A stretch of 64,000 bases of DNA from Candidatus Latescibacterota bacterium (GTDB lineage: Bacteria; Latescibacterota; UBA2968; GCA-2709665), in NCBI GenBank assembly GCA_965116875.1, contig OZ220733.1, forward strand, positions 864,001 through 928,000, read 5' to 3'. Position 1 is the stretch's first letter. Each line of letters opens with the position of its first letter. A program made the translations under genes and the position numbers. The notes beneath the pieces are model-generated. The model searched no databases and had not been told where the DNA came from. It saw only the letters and a list, made by a program, of their open reading frames with translations. Below are positions 20,683 through 30,261 of the stretch, one piece after another.

Positions 20683-21420
20683 TTAGCGCATGAAGTACTT
20701 GACGCCGACCATCAGGTTGAAACTGAAAATCGGAAAGGCCTTCTTCAGTTCCCAGTCTTCGTAGGGCCTCAACTCGCCCATCGACACGTTCCAGCGGAAC
20801 CTGAAATCCACGAGGAACTGATCCGAGGTTCGGTGGTAGAAGCCCAACCCGGTGTTAATCGACAGCGCCACGTCCTCGTCCACCGTGGTTTCCACCATGC
20901 CCTGCGCATCCGTTCTGATCTGTTCGCCCACCTGCCCCGGCCAGATCAGACCCGATACCTCGTGGGTATATCGTAAAAACCCGATCCCGGCCGCAATGTA
21001 CGGAACGCTCTGTCCGACTACATCGCGCTTGAAACTGCGCAAACCGTTGACCACGATGCCGCCGATCCACATGTTCGCCTCGGCGCCGGGGCTCTTTACC
21101 GATGAACCGTTCGCCGCACCCAGACCGTTGTGCCAGGTGAAACTCCGGTCGGCCAGACCGGCGTCTGACAGCGGAGAGTACGTCACTTCCACTTCCGTCA
21201 TCGTTCTGTCTGACACCTGGTACGTCAACTGGCCGATAAACGCCGGCGAAATATTGTACCAACCCTTGAGCGGCCCCGCCGGCCGCAACATGGATCCGTG
21301 GACGCCGAGCGCGTAACGCAAGTCCTGCGCGTGCGAGGTGGACGTGATACCGAGTCCGAACAGAATAAACGCGCCCAGGACCGGGACGAGCGCCAATCTG
21401 AGAATGCCCGTTGCCTTCAT
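20683..21420 (-). CDS. Outer-membrane beta-barrel protein
   Basis: Signal peptide; PYIAAGIG; alternating strands; terminal GVKYF; GGAGG RBS. Confidence 0.75.
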   Translation of the reverse strand: MKATGILRLALVPVLGAFILFGLGITSTSHAQDLRYALGVHGSMLRPAGPLKGWYNISPAFIGQLTYQVSDRTMTEVEVTYSPLSDAGLADRSFTWHNGLGAANGSSVKSPGAEANMWIGGIVVNGLRSFKRDVVGQSVPYIAAGIGFLRYTHEVSGLIWPGQVGEQIRTDAQGMVETTVDEDVALSINTGLGFYHRTSDQFLVDFRFRWNVSMGELRPYEDWELKKAFPIFSFNLMVGVKYFMR

Positions 21421-21429
21421 AACTTCGGA

Positions 21430-21690
21430 CCTCCTTTCGAACCGCGGCCGTGTGACAGCCGGCGAATTGCACCAGATTTGGATTCAGTTTACACCGCATC
21501 GAAACTCCATCCAGTCAATCCATAATGTTGCACCAATACATAATATAAGGCGGGTTTCACAGAAATACAAAGAGAAAATCGACTATTTTTAATAGGTCGA
21601 ATTAAAAAAAATTAACGACAATCCGGCTCGAAAAAACGAACTCTGCTGTTCTGACTGTTTTTGTCTGTGCGTGTTCGAGGTCCTGACGTA
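21430..21690. promoter_or_regulatory. AT-rich upstream region, probable promoter of the envelope operon
   Basis: Sharp AT-rich stretch upstream of the first minus-strand gene; specific boxes not resolved. Confidence 0.35.
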
Positions 21691-21696
21691 TCTTTT

Positions 21697-22068
21697 AAGG
21701 AAGAAGGAAAAAGGAAAAAGGAAGAAGTAGCGGTAACTTTGACGTCTGTCATTTCTGCAATCGGACTCTCGCAAGAATCGAATGGAAGCGGATTGCTGTG
21801 GAGAGCGGAAAACCGGCGGCGTTTCCTTGAAATTCAGAGTGTCTATGGATGACCGGCACGCGAAACCTGGCCTTGCACCCTCTCTCCCGGACCTACCCCC
21901 TAACCCCCTTCCTGAAGGAAGGGGGAATGTTGACGGGTGGCTGTACAGGTTTTGTGACGTGCCGGATGGCGATTACCTTTCGATCAGGGCATTTATAGAA
22001 GCCCGGCACGCGACGTACCGGTTTCCTCCCTCTTTCCTTTAGGAGAGAGGGCCGGGGAGAGAGGTCGG
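21697..22068 (+). repeat. Repeat family R1 (~370 bp), copy 1
   Basis: GTAGCGGTAACTTTGACGTCTGTCA..GGAGAGAGGGCCGGGGAGAGAGGT; recurs at 22170 and 35918. Confidence 0.9.
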
Positions 22069-22169
22069 TGCTGGGTGGAGGGGTCGCTTTTGACTTTGCC
22101 TTTCGCTTTTAACTGACGGCTGATGGCTGACAGCTTCTTCCGAGAGGGCCGGGGAGAGAGGTCTGCGGG

Positions 22170-22403
22170 GGGACCTATCCCCTAACCCCCTTCCTGAAGG
22201 AAGAAGGAAAAAGTAGCGGTAACTTTGACGTCTGTCATTTCTGCAATCGGACTCTCGCAAGAATCGAATGGAAGCGGATTGCTGAGGAGAGCGGAAAACC
22301 GGCGGCGTTTCCTCGTAAATCAGAATGTCTATCAATAACCGGCACGCGAAACCTGGCCTTTCCCCCTCTTTCCTTTAGGAGAGAGGGCCGGGGAGAGAGG
22401 TCG
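22170..22403 (+). repeat. Repeat family R1, copy 2 (shorter)
   Basis: About 110 nt near-identical to 21728..21840. Confidence 0.9.
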
Positions 22404-22408
22404 CATAA

Positions 22409-22545
22409 AGGCGGGTAGAGGGTAGACGGAAGACGTTAGAAGAAATCCTTGCCCGGTAGGTTAATCTTCTTGCCTCCGGCACGAGAAGAAGCCTCACGAG
22501 GCAGGCAATCTCTCCCCTCTCCCCTCTCCCGTCTCCCCGTTTCTG
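22409..22545 (+). repeat. Repeat family R2, copy B
   Basis: AGAAGAAATCCTTGCCCG..TTGCCTCCGGCACGAGAAGAAGCCT subtype, as at 41292 and 44753. Confidence 0.85.
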
Positions 22546-22612
22546 AAGGGCCGGGGAGAGAGGTCTGTGGGGAAGGGCGGAGATGTTAGACTTTGACTTT
22601 GTCTTCGTTTCT

Positions 22613-22660
22613 AGCTGATAGCTGACGGCTGATCGCTGATAGCTGACGGCTGATCGCTGA
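22613..22660 (+). repeat. Tandem heptamer GCTGANN
   Basis: gctgata gctgacg gctgatc gctgata gctgacg gctgatc gctga; shorter runs at 22112, 39989, 44575 and 45001. Confidence 0.85.
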
Positions 22661-22696
22661 ATGCATGTTTTTGACAGGAAAAAAAGGACGAATCAG

Positions 22697-24181
22697 ATGG
22701 AACGGGCTGGCCGGCGCGTTTTGAGGGCGCCTTTACTCCTTGCGATTGTCTTCGCCGCAACCCTGTTCCCGGACGCCGCCGGCGCCACAACGGAAATGCC
22801 GCCCGCCGCGCGCGAGGCCCTTGAAGCCGGTCTCAGACTCGCCGGCGCCGGCAGGCTGGACGACGCGTCTCGCGAAATGGCGCGGGCCGCCGAACTGGCG
22901 CCGGAATCGGCCCAGGTCTGGCACAACTACGGTATCCTGAGCGCGCAGATGGGCCGGCTGGACGACGCCGTGGAGATGCTGGAACGCGCGGCAAGGCTGG
23001 AGCCGGACTACCGGCACACCCACGTCGTACTTGGCGCCGTCTACCAGCGCATGGGAAGGCTGCAGGATGCCGGACGCGCGTATCGGCGCGCGGCGGACCT
23101 GGCGCCGAATCTGCCGGACGCGCACCGGGCCCTCGGACTACTCGCCGTTGTGCGTAACGACCTCGCCGTGGCGGCGGCCGCATTCAGGCGGGCCGCGGCG
23201 CTGGCGCCGGGCAGTGCGGAGCTTCAATACAGGCTGGGCGCCGTGGAGTTGAAGCAGGGCAACGGGAAGGATGGGGAAGCGGCCCTGAAGCGGGCCGTCG
23301 CCCTGAAACCGGACCTGCTGCCGGCCTGGCTGGAACTGGCGGCTTATTACAAACAGCAGCGCTACCTTGACCCGGCGTTGGATGCATACCGCCGCGCCGC
23401 CGTGCTGGATCCCGCCTCCGCGGCCGCGTGGCTCGGTGTGGGGGACGTCGAAGCCGCCAAAGACAACGCCTCCCGTGCCGCCAACGCCTTCCGGAAGGCC
23501 GAAAAAGCGGATCCCTCGAACCCCGACGCGCCCTTCATGCTCGGCCGGGCGCTGATGAACCTGGGACGTACCGCGGACGCCGTCCCGGCGTTCCAGCGGG
23601 CTGTCGGGCGAACGCCCGACTTTGCCGACGCTCGATCTGCCCTTGCGGGGGCATACGCTGCTCTCGGGGAGGACCGGAAAGCTGTCGAATCGTACCGTGA
23701 GGCCGTCCGGTACGCGCCGTCACACGCGGGCGCTTATTTCGGGATGGGTGACGTTCTGCTGAGAATGGGCCGCCTGCCCGAAGCGGAGGCGGCGTTCCGG
23801 CGGGCGATCGCGCTGGACCCCGGCCATGCCAGGGCCCGCTACGGCCTGGGGCGCGCCTGCATGCTCCAGGGGCGTCACGAGGAAGGGAAACGGGAATTGG
23901 CGGAATTCGAGCGGCTGTCCGGGGAAGCGCACACGCTGGACGTTCTGGAGCGCGCTGCGCTGCGCAATCCCGAAAACCCCGAACTGCACGATCGACTCGG
24001 CCGGCTCTACGCTTCGAGGGGGCGGACCAGGGATGCGGCCGCCGCGTTCGGCCGCGCCGCGGCGCACTACGAGCGGGCGGGAAGAATCGATGCGGCGCGG
24101 CGGGCGCTGAAGCGCGTCCTGTCGCTGAACCCGTCGGACGAAGCGGCCCGCGCCGACCTCTCCCGCCTTGGGAAAAACTGA
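22697..24181 (+). CDS. Tetratricopeptide repeat protein (secreted)
   Basis: Signal-like segment then more than 10 TPR units. Confidence 0.9.
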   Translation: MERAGRRVLRAPLLLAIVFAATLFPDAAGATTEMPPAAREALEAGLRLAGAGRLDDASREMARAAELAPESAQVWHNYGILSAQMGRLDDAVEMLERAARLEPDYRHTHVVLGAVYQRMGRLQDAGRAYRRAADLAPNLPDAHRALGLLAVVRNDLAVAAAAFRRAAALAPGSAELQYRLGAVELKQGNGKDGEAALKRAVALKPDLLPAWLELAAYYKQQRYLDPALDAYRRAAVLDPASAAAWLGVGDVEAAKDNASRAANAFRKAEKADPSNPDAPFMLGRALMNLGRTADAVPAFQRAVGRTPDFADARSALAGAYAALGEDRKAVESYREAVRYAPSHAGAYFGMGDVLLRMGRLPEAEAAFRRAIALDPGHARARYGLGRACMLQGRHEEGKRELAEFERLSGEAHTLDVLERAALRNPENPELHDRLGRLYASRGRTRDAAAAFGRAAAHYERAGRIDAARRALKRVLSLNPSDEAARADLSRLGKN

Positions 24182-24225
24182 CCGCGCCGGCCGGCCCCCT
24201 TCGGAGCGCCACTGTCGACGGACTG

Positions 24226-25509
24226 TCAGTCATCGCGCCCGCGGGGTGTCAACCGTCCGTAGTACACCTCGTTGCTGTTCTGCTCGGAGGGCCCCGTCCA
24301 GTAGCAGTCCACAAAGGGCGCACGGGTTCCGCCGGCGCGCGTGGTATTGGTAAAGAAGTGCCAGAGCCGGGACGGCATATCCAGCTGAACCGGTTCGCTG
24401 ATCCGGTCCCAGCGTCCGTCTTCGCCTTCGGCGTACCAGACGCCCTCCGCGTTGCTTCTGCCCCCGCGCGTCAGGAAGTAGTGGAAGCGGCCGTCCGGTC
24501 CCTGGTAGATCCGGCCCCCGTTGAAGTTCCCCATACAGAAGTGTTCGAACGGCCCGCCGGGTTCTCCGACCGCGTGATAGAGCAGGCTGTTCCCCGGGTC
24601 CTGACCCCGCCCCGCCCATACGGTGGTGGCCGGCTGACGGTTTTCATAGTACGTCAGGTGCACCCGCCCCTGCATATCCATCATCAGGTCCTGGTGATCG
24701 GTGGTTCCTCTGGCGCGACCGTCGAATGTATCGGACACGTCGCTGATGACCGTCATCCGCCAGTCTTCCGGGGATTCGAACACGTCCGGGCAGTAGTAAT
24801 AATAGGCCTTCAGGACAGGGTAGATGCCGCGGGGCGTCTCAATCGTACTGATCTCGCCGGTTTCGCGATCCCTCAGCTTCACGGTCTGGTTGGGAAACTG
24901 CTCGCCCGCCAGGAAATAATCGTCGCTGGAAATCGAGTGCGCCTCCGCGCCGTTGAGGATCACGAAGTTGTAGCCGCGGTTCTGCTCGTGTTTCACGCTG
25001 CCCGACACCGCCGGACGATAGCCTGTTTCCGGGTCCAGCACGTACCAGGTCATGGTTGGCAGCCCGCCGGCGACAAGGATGCGGTCGGCCGCGTCGATCG
25101 ACGCGCCGAAGCGACTGTCCGCGGTGGCGTATTCCTGAATCGTGAACCTCTGAACCTGGCCGGGCGGATCGAAGATGGCGTGGTAACTGGCGTTCTCGCC
25201 CGCGATCACGTGCAGCCGCCCGCCGCGGTCGACAAGCAGGTTGCCGTTCTGCGGCACCGGGGGCAGAGGGTCGCTCGCCTCCCAACGCCCGTCGCCAACG
25301 CGCCGGAACACCACAAGCGTCATATCGTCCCGCCAGCTCAGCGCATAGACGTCCTCGCCCGAACGGACGATATTGGACTGGTTGTATCCCCAGCAGCTTG
25401 CGCCGCTGCCTCCGGTCTGCAGGCGCCCCGCCGTGTCCGTAATCATCTCCACGTCGAAACGCGGCCGCACCGGCTGCGTACAGGTCACGTGGACCCGTTC
25501 CGGTTTCAT
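24226..25509 (-). CDS. Hypothetical protein, possibly a BNR-like beta-propeller
   Basis: Coupled to the upstream ABC ATPase by an ATGA overlap at 25506-25509; DxxGRxH repeats. Confidence 0.65.
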   Translation of the reverse strand: MKPERVHVTCTQPVRPRFDVEMITDTAGRLQTGGSGASCWGYNQSNIVRSGEDVYALSWRDDMTLVVFRRVGDGRWEASDPLPPVPQNGNLLVDRGGRLHVIAGENASYHAIFDPPGQVQRFTIQEYATADSRFGASIDAADRILVAGGLPTMTWYVLDPETGYRPAVSGSVKHEQNRGYNFVILNGAEAHSISSDDYFLAGEQFPNQTVKLRDRETGEISTIETPRGIYPVLKAYYYYCPDVFESPEDWRMTVISDVSDTFDGRARGTTDHQDLMMDMQGRVHLTYYENRQPATTVWAGRGQDPGNSLLYHAVGEPGGPFEHFCMGNFNGGRIYQGPDGRFHYFLTRGGRSNAEGVWYAEGEDGRWDRISEPVQLDMPSRLWHFFTNTTRAGGTRAPFVDCYWTGPSEQNSNEVYYGRLTPRGRDD

Positions 25510-26465
25510 CCGATTCCTCCTTCCGTGAGAAAACACGCGGCCTGATGTCCCGTATCGACCTCCATCAGCTGCGGCGTCTCCCGGCTGCACCGGTCCATGC
25601 GGTACGGGCACCGCGGATGGAACGCACAGCCCGGCGGGGGATCGACGGGGCTTGGAACTTCACCTTCCAGGATGATCCGCTCCGACTGCGCATCCGGATC
25701 GAGGCGCGGCGCCGAAGACAGCAGAATCTGCGTATACGGATGGCGCGGCCGCCCGTACAGGGCTTCCGTCGGGCCAACCTCCACCAGCTTTCCCAGGTAC
25801 ATGACGCCCACGACGTCCGAAAGGTGTTCAACGACCTTCAGATCGTGAGAGATGAACAGGTACGCCAGACCGAAGCGTTCCTGCAGGGTTTCCAGAAGGT
25901 TCAAAATCTGCGCCTGGATGGAGAGATCCAGCGAGGAGACCGGCTCGTCGCAGATCACGAACTGCGGTTTCAGGGCCAGCGCGCGGGCGATCGCGACGCG
26001 CTGCTGCTGCCCGCCCGAGAACTCGTGCGGAAACGTGTCCGCCAGCCGCCGCCCCACGCCAACCAGGTCGAGCAGGCGGCCCACCTCTTCCTCACGTTCC
26101 CGCTTCGTGCCCACCCTGTGGATCTTCAGGGCGTCCCCCACGATGGCGCCCACGCTCATCATCGGGTTCAGGGACGCCAGCGGGTCCTGAAAGACAATCT
26201 GCATCTGCCGCCGCAGCGCGCGCAGTTCCCTGCCGGAAAGCGCGCCCACGTCCCGTCCCTCGAAAACCACCCGTCCCCCGGTGGGCTCGTACAGTCGCAG
26301 GACCGCGCGAGCCAGGGTCGACTTGCCGCTGCCGCTTTCTCCAACCAGGCCGAAGGTCTGGTTGCCGTGGATCTGAAACGTCACCCCGTCCACGGCCCTC
26401 ACCACGTCCCGGCCCTGATCAAAATGCATCTTCAGGTCCTCTACCCGCAACAACGGTTCCGACAT
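25506..26465 (-). CDS. Oligopeptide/dipeptide ABC transporter ATP-binding subunit (OppF-like)
   Basis: GESGSGKS, FSGGQQQR, CDEP, HPYT and GCAFHPRC tail. Confidence 0.95.
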   Translation of the reverse strand: MSEPLLRVEDLKMHFDQGRDVVRAVDGVTFQIHGNQTFGLVGESGSGKSTLARAVLRLYEPTGGRVVFEGRDVGALSGRELRALRRQMQIVFQDPLASLNPMMSVGAIVGDALKIHRVGTKREREEEVGRLLDLVGVGRRLADTFPHEFSGGQQQRVAIARALALKPQFVICDEPVSSLDLSIQAQILNLLETLQERFGLAYLFISHDLKVVEHLSDVVGVMYLGKLVEVGPTEALYGRPRHPYTQILLSSAPRLDPDAQSERIILEGEVPSPVDPPPGCAFHPRCPYRMDRCSRETPQLMEVDTGHQAACFLTEGGIG

Positions 26466-26527
26466 AGTACCGCCCGTTAACCTCAATTCCAAAAAGACAA
26501 CCGTCAAATTGGCCGCAAAGAGCCTGA

Positions 26528-26730
26528 ATGCGGGGAGACGGCAGACCAAAAGCGGTGAGCCGGGAGCCGGTAGAGGGTAGAGATTACCTGCCTTGTGAGG
26601 CTTCTTTTCCTGCCAGAGGCAAGGAGGGATAAACTAGCGGGCAAGGATATCTTCTACCGTCTTACGTCTCCCGTCTACCCGGTTTTCTCCCCCTCTTCCG
26701 TCTTCCTTCTCACCAGGTGGTGGGCCGGGG
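26528..26730 (-). repeat. Repeat family R2, copy C (inverted)
   Basis: Reverse complement matches the 22409 subtype (TCCTTGCCCG..TTGCCTCTGGCA..AGAAGCCTCAC). Confidence 0.75.
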
Positions 26731-26943
26731 TATGGAGACCGGGAATAGGGTTTGAAACCCGAATTGACGCAACGTATATTGAAACCAGGACCTCGCGCGT
26801 GTGGACCGGTTCCCCGCAACCCCGGCACGACGCCGAAAAGTAGGCCCGGGTACCCCCGGATGCAAGCATAATCGGGTCAACGGACGCACCGGGATCGACG
26901 CGACTTCGTACACACATCGGATCGAACCTGAAAGGACCGTCTC

Positions 26944-29271
26944 ATGGGCGTAGATATCACGCTGGCGAACGAAATCCGGGTGCCGCGCCGTGGCGAGTGG
27001 CTCTGCAGGGGACTCCCGTTCCCGGAGGGATCTCTGTCGGATTCCGGGAGGCTGACCATGAAAGACGAGACCGGCCGGGTCCTGCCTCTCGCTGCGGAAG
27101 CGTTGGCCCGATGGCCCGACGGCTCCCTGAAGTGGGTGCTGCTTCAGTTTCCGGTGGACTTCGACCGCAATGGACGGAAGCAGTACGCGCTGACGTGCGG
27201 GGAGGACTCGCGGGAACCCGATACGGGTCCCGGGATTTCGATTTCGGAAACCGGGGCGGGGATCGAGGTTGACAACGGCGTTCTGCGGTTTCTGCTTCCT
27301 GATTCCGGAACGTCGTTTCTGGCTGAGTGCAGCAGGGGAGACAGGGCGTGTATCCGGACGGTAAGCGCACAGATCGAAGACGAAGCGGGCGTCGTATATA
27401 CGAGTTGTCTGGATAGAGAACCCCGCGTCGAGAGATCCACCGAAAAGATGCTGGTGGTGAGCAGGAAGGGCGCGCACCGTGACGAGGCCGGTCGAAAGCT
27501 GTTTTCGTTCGTTTTCCGGGTTACGGTATTCGCCGGCGCCGAGGACCTGGAAGTCGAATACCAGTTCATCCACGATGAGCCCTACCGGGACGTTCCGGAA
27601 CGGCGGAAACTGGCCCAGGGGATCGGCACCCCGAGCGTGGACCTGGAAAGTCCGCGTCTGCGTCAGCTGCGGGCGGTGCGGCTTGTGGTGGAACACGCCA
27701 AGGGGGGCGCCGACGAATTCGCAACCTGCCCCATCGCCACGGTTGGGAACCAGGGCCTGATCACGTGGGCCCGACCCATTCGGGGCCTGTTGACCGACGC
27801 CCCTCGTACGGCCATGTACGACGCGATGATCGACGCCGACGTGGACGACGGCGAGACACAGGTCGGCCGGTCGCACGGGTGGGTTTCCGCGGGGGACGGC
27901 GAAGGCGGGGTCGCGGCCTCGGTCCGGAAGTTCGTCCAGCAGTGGCCCAAGGGTTTTTCCGCGGACACCGAAAAAATCGTTCTGGATCTCTGGCCCGAGG
28001 CGGCGGGGCCGCTCGCGATCTTCCAGGGACAGGCCAAGTCGCATCAGGTCAAGCTGCGGGTGTACACGGGCCGCGCGGCCGGGGCCCGGCTGGCGGACTG
28101 GCACTTCGCGTATCAGTTTCCCGTGGTCTTCTCTTCTCCGGACTGGTTCATCGACTCCGGGGCCATCGGGCCCGTTTTCCGCTATCAGCCGGGGAAATAC
28201 AAGGGAATCGAGCAGAAGTTCCGCCTCGAATTCGAGCAATTCCTGGGATACGACCGGCGCCTGGGGATGATGGACTACGGAGACTACGAGCAGCTGATGA
28301 GCGCATCCTGGGGACGCGTGGATTTCATGGCCAATTGCGAGCACGACTTCGGCCAGACCGTGTATCTGCAGCTTGTTCGCACCGGCAATTACCTCTATCT
28401 CGATGCCTTCGAATCCGCGATCCGGCACGTGATGGACCTGGACATCATCCACTTCGACGATCACTTCGACGAGCGGGGCGGATGGACCTCCCACGGCGCC
28501 TTTCACGTCGGTGCGGACGGGAAGCCCAACTGCCACCTCTCGCACATGTGGGCGGAGGGGTTTCTGTCGTACTACTATTATTGCGGGTATACGCCTGCGC
28601 TGGAATCCGCGCGAGGCGTGGCGGACCTGATCTGCAGGAAGGTGGCGGCGGGGGGCGGGCGGCGCGGCGCAAGGGACCGGGGGTGGCCGTTGATCGCGCT
28701 GTGCAGCGTGTACCGGGCAACAGGGGAAAAGCGGTACGCTGAGACCGCGGAGACGATTGCGGCTTCCTTTACCGAGGGACCGGACCCGCTGGAACCCAAC
28801 GGCGGCTGCAGCGGCGGCTGGGGCCCCATCCCCTACCAGCAGGCCGTGATGGGCAGCATCGCCGCTACCGGGCTGGCATACCACCACCAGACCTTCGGGA
28901 ATCCCCTCAGCAGGGAATCGTTCCTGAGGGTGTGCGACTTTCTGGAAAGCGAGGACGTTCGCACGCCGGAAGGGCTCTATCTGTCCATGCCCGGAAACGA
29001 GACGCCGATGAGCTACATCGGTTTTTCCGCCCTCAGGGAGAGTATCGGCTACGCGTGGGAACTCACCGGTGACGAGAAGTACGTGCACGCCGGGCTGCGG
29101 GACATCGAAATGAACATGATTTCGACCTTCCCGTCCGTCGGGCATCTGGAAAAGACGAGATTCGGGTGCGAGGTCGTCCGCGCGACAGGCGACTCCATCA
29201 GCGTCATCTGGCGCGACCTGCTTCGGTTCTTCGACTACGCGGACAGGGCCGGGCTGCTGCGAGATTTTTAG
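26944..29271 (+). CDS. YetA/PL26 exo-rhamnogalacturonan-lyase-like protein
   Basis: GLPFPEG..LARWPDGSLKWVLL N-terminus; GMMDYGD, SHMWAEG, RDRGWPL toroid motifs. Confidence 0.65.
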   Translation: MGVDITLANEIRVPRRGEWLCRGLPFPEGSLSDSGRLTMKDETGRVLPLAAEALARWPDGSLKWVLLQFPVDFDRNGRKQYALTCGEDSREPDTGPGISISETGAGIEVDNGVLRFLLPDSGTSFLAECSRGDRACIRTVSAQIEDEAGVVYTSCLDREPRVERSTEKMLVVSRKGAHRDEAGRKLFSFVFRVTVFAGAEDLEVEYQFIHDEPYRDVPERRKLAQGIGTPSVDLESPRLRQLRAVRLVVEHAKGGADEFATCPIATVGNQGLITWARPIRGLLTDAPRTAMYDAMIDADVDDGETQVGRSHGWVSAGDGEGGVAASVRKFVQQWPKGFSADTEKIVLDLWPEAAGPLAIFQGQAKSHQVKLRVYTGRAAGARLADWHFAYQFPVVFSSPDWFIDSGAIGPVFRYQPGKYKGIEQKFRLEFEQFLGYDRRLGMMDYGDYEQLMSASWGRVDFMANCEHDFGQTVYLQLVRTGNYLYLDAFESAIRHVMDLDIIHFDDHFDERGGWTSHGAFHVGADGKPNCHLSHMWAEGFLSYYYYCGYTPALESARGVADLICRKVAAGGGRRGARDRGWPLIALCSVYRATGEKRYAETAETIAASFTEGPDPLEPNGGCSGGWGPIPYQQAVMGSIAATGLAYHHQTFGNPLSRESFLRVCDFLESEDVRTPEGLYLSMPGNETPMSYIGFSALRESIGYAWELTGDEKYVHAGLRDIEMNMISTFPSVGHLEKTRFGCEVVRATGDSISVIWRDLLRFFDYADRAGLLRDF

Positions 29272-29278
29272 CGACGCG

Positions 29279-30235
29279 TCAGCCTTCGTGGTGCCAGCAG
29301 GAAACGGCATGGTCGACCGATATCCGGGTCATTCCGGGATGCTCTTCCCGGCACCGGTCCGTCGCGCGGGGACAGCGCGGATGGAAGCGGCAACCGGACG
29401 GCGGTCGGGTCATGTCCGGCGGCTGCCCGGGGATGGTATCCAGACGCCCCCGTACCATCTTCGCGTTTTCCAGCAGTCCGATGGAATAGGGGTGCCGGGG
29501 GGAGTTCAGAAATGCACGGGTGGGCGCGATTTCGGCAACCCTGCCCGCGTACATCACGACGATCCTGTCGCTGAACTCCACGGCCAGGCCGAAATCGTGG
29601 GTGATCAGCACAGTGGACATCCCGTACGACGCCTTCATCCGGTTCATCAGGTCCATGATCTGCGCCTGCGTTGTGACGTCCAGCGCGGTGGTGGGTTCGT
29701 CGGCGATCATCAGCTTCGGCTCGCAGCTCAGCGCCATCGCAATCATCACGCGCTGCTTCATCCCTCCCGACAGTTCGAACGGGTAGTTCCGGTACCGCAA
29801 CGCCGGCGCCGGTATGCCCACCTCTTCCAGGAGTGAGACCGCGCGTTCGAAAGACCTTTTCCTGTCGGCGCGCCCGTGCCACAGTATGGGTTCGGCAATC
29901 TGCGGACCGCTCCGCATCGTGGGGTTGAGTGAAGTCTGCGGGTTCTGAAAAACGAACCCGACGTCGTTGCCGCGAATCTCCTGAAGCGCACGCTCATCCA
30001 GTTGCAGCAGATTCCGTCCCTCGAAGATCACCTCGCCGCCTTCGATCTTTCCCCGTCCGCCGATCAGTCTGACAACGGACAGCATGCTCACGCTCTTGCC
30101 GCTGCCGCTTTCCCCGACGATGCCCACGCTCTCCCGTTCCCCGACCTCGTACGAAATGCCGTCCACCGCCCGCACGATGCCGTCGCGGCGATAGAAGTAC
30201 GTCTTCAGATTCCGGATGTCGAGGAGAGTGGACAC
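29279..30235 (-). CDS. Oligopeptide ABC transporter ATP-binding subunit (OppD-like)
   Basis: GESGSGKS, LSGGMKQR, ADEPTTALD, GCRFHPRC. Confidence 0.95.
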   Translation of the reverse strand: MSTLLDIRNLKTYFYRRDGIVRAVDGISYEVGERESVGIVGESGSGKSVSMLSVVRLIGGRGKIEGGEVIFEGRNLLQLDERALQEIRGNDVGFVFQNPQTSLNPTMRSGPQIAEPILWHGRADRKRSFERAVSLLEEVGIPAPALRYRNYPFELSGGMKQRVMIAMALSCEPKLMIADEPTTALDVTTQAQIMDLMNRMKASYGMSTVLITHDFGLAVEFSDRIVVMYAGRVAEIAPTRAFLNSPRHPYSIGLLENAKMVRGRLDTIPGQPPDMTRPPSGCRFHPRCPRATDRCREEHPGMTRISVDHAVSCWHHEG

Positions 30236-30261
30236 GAACCTGCCTCACACGGGAGAGGGAC

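Noticed and set aside
21589-22335. Short ORFs across R1 and R2 (also 36068-36610 and 44804-45100)
   Set aside because: They are translations of repeats, in inconsistent frames between copies
26710-29310. 866-aa minus-strand ORF
   Set aside because: Antisense to the motif-bearing 26944..29271 gene; no recognisable motifs
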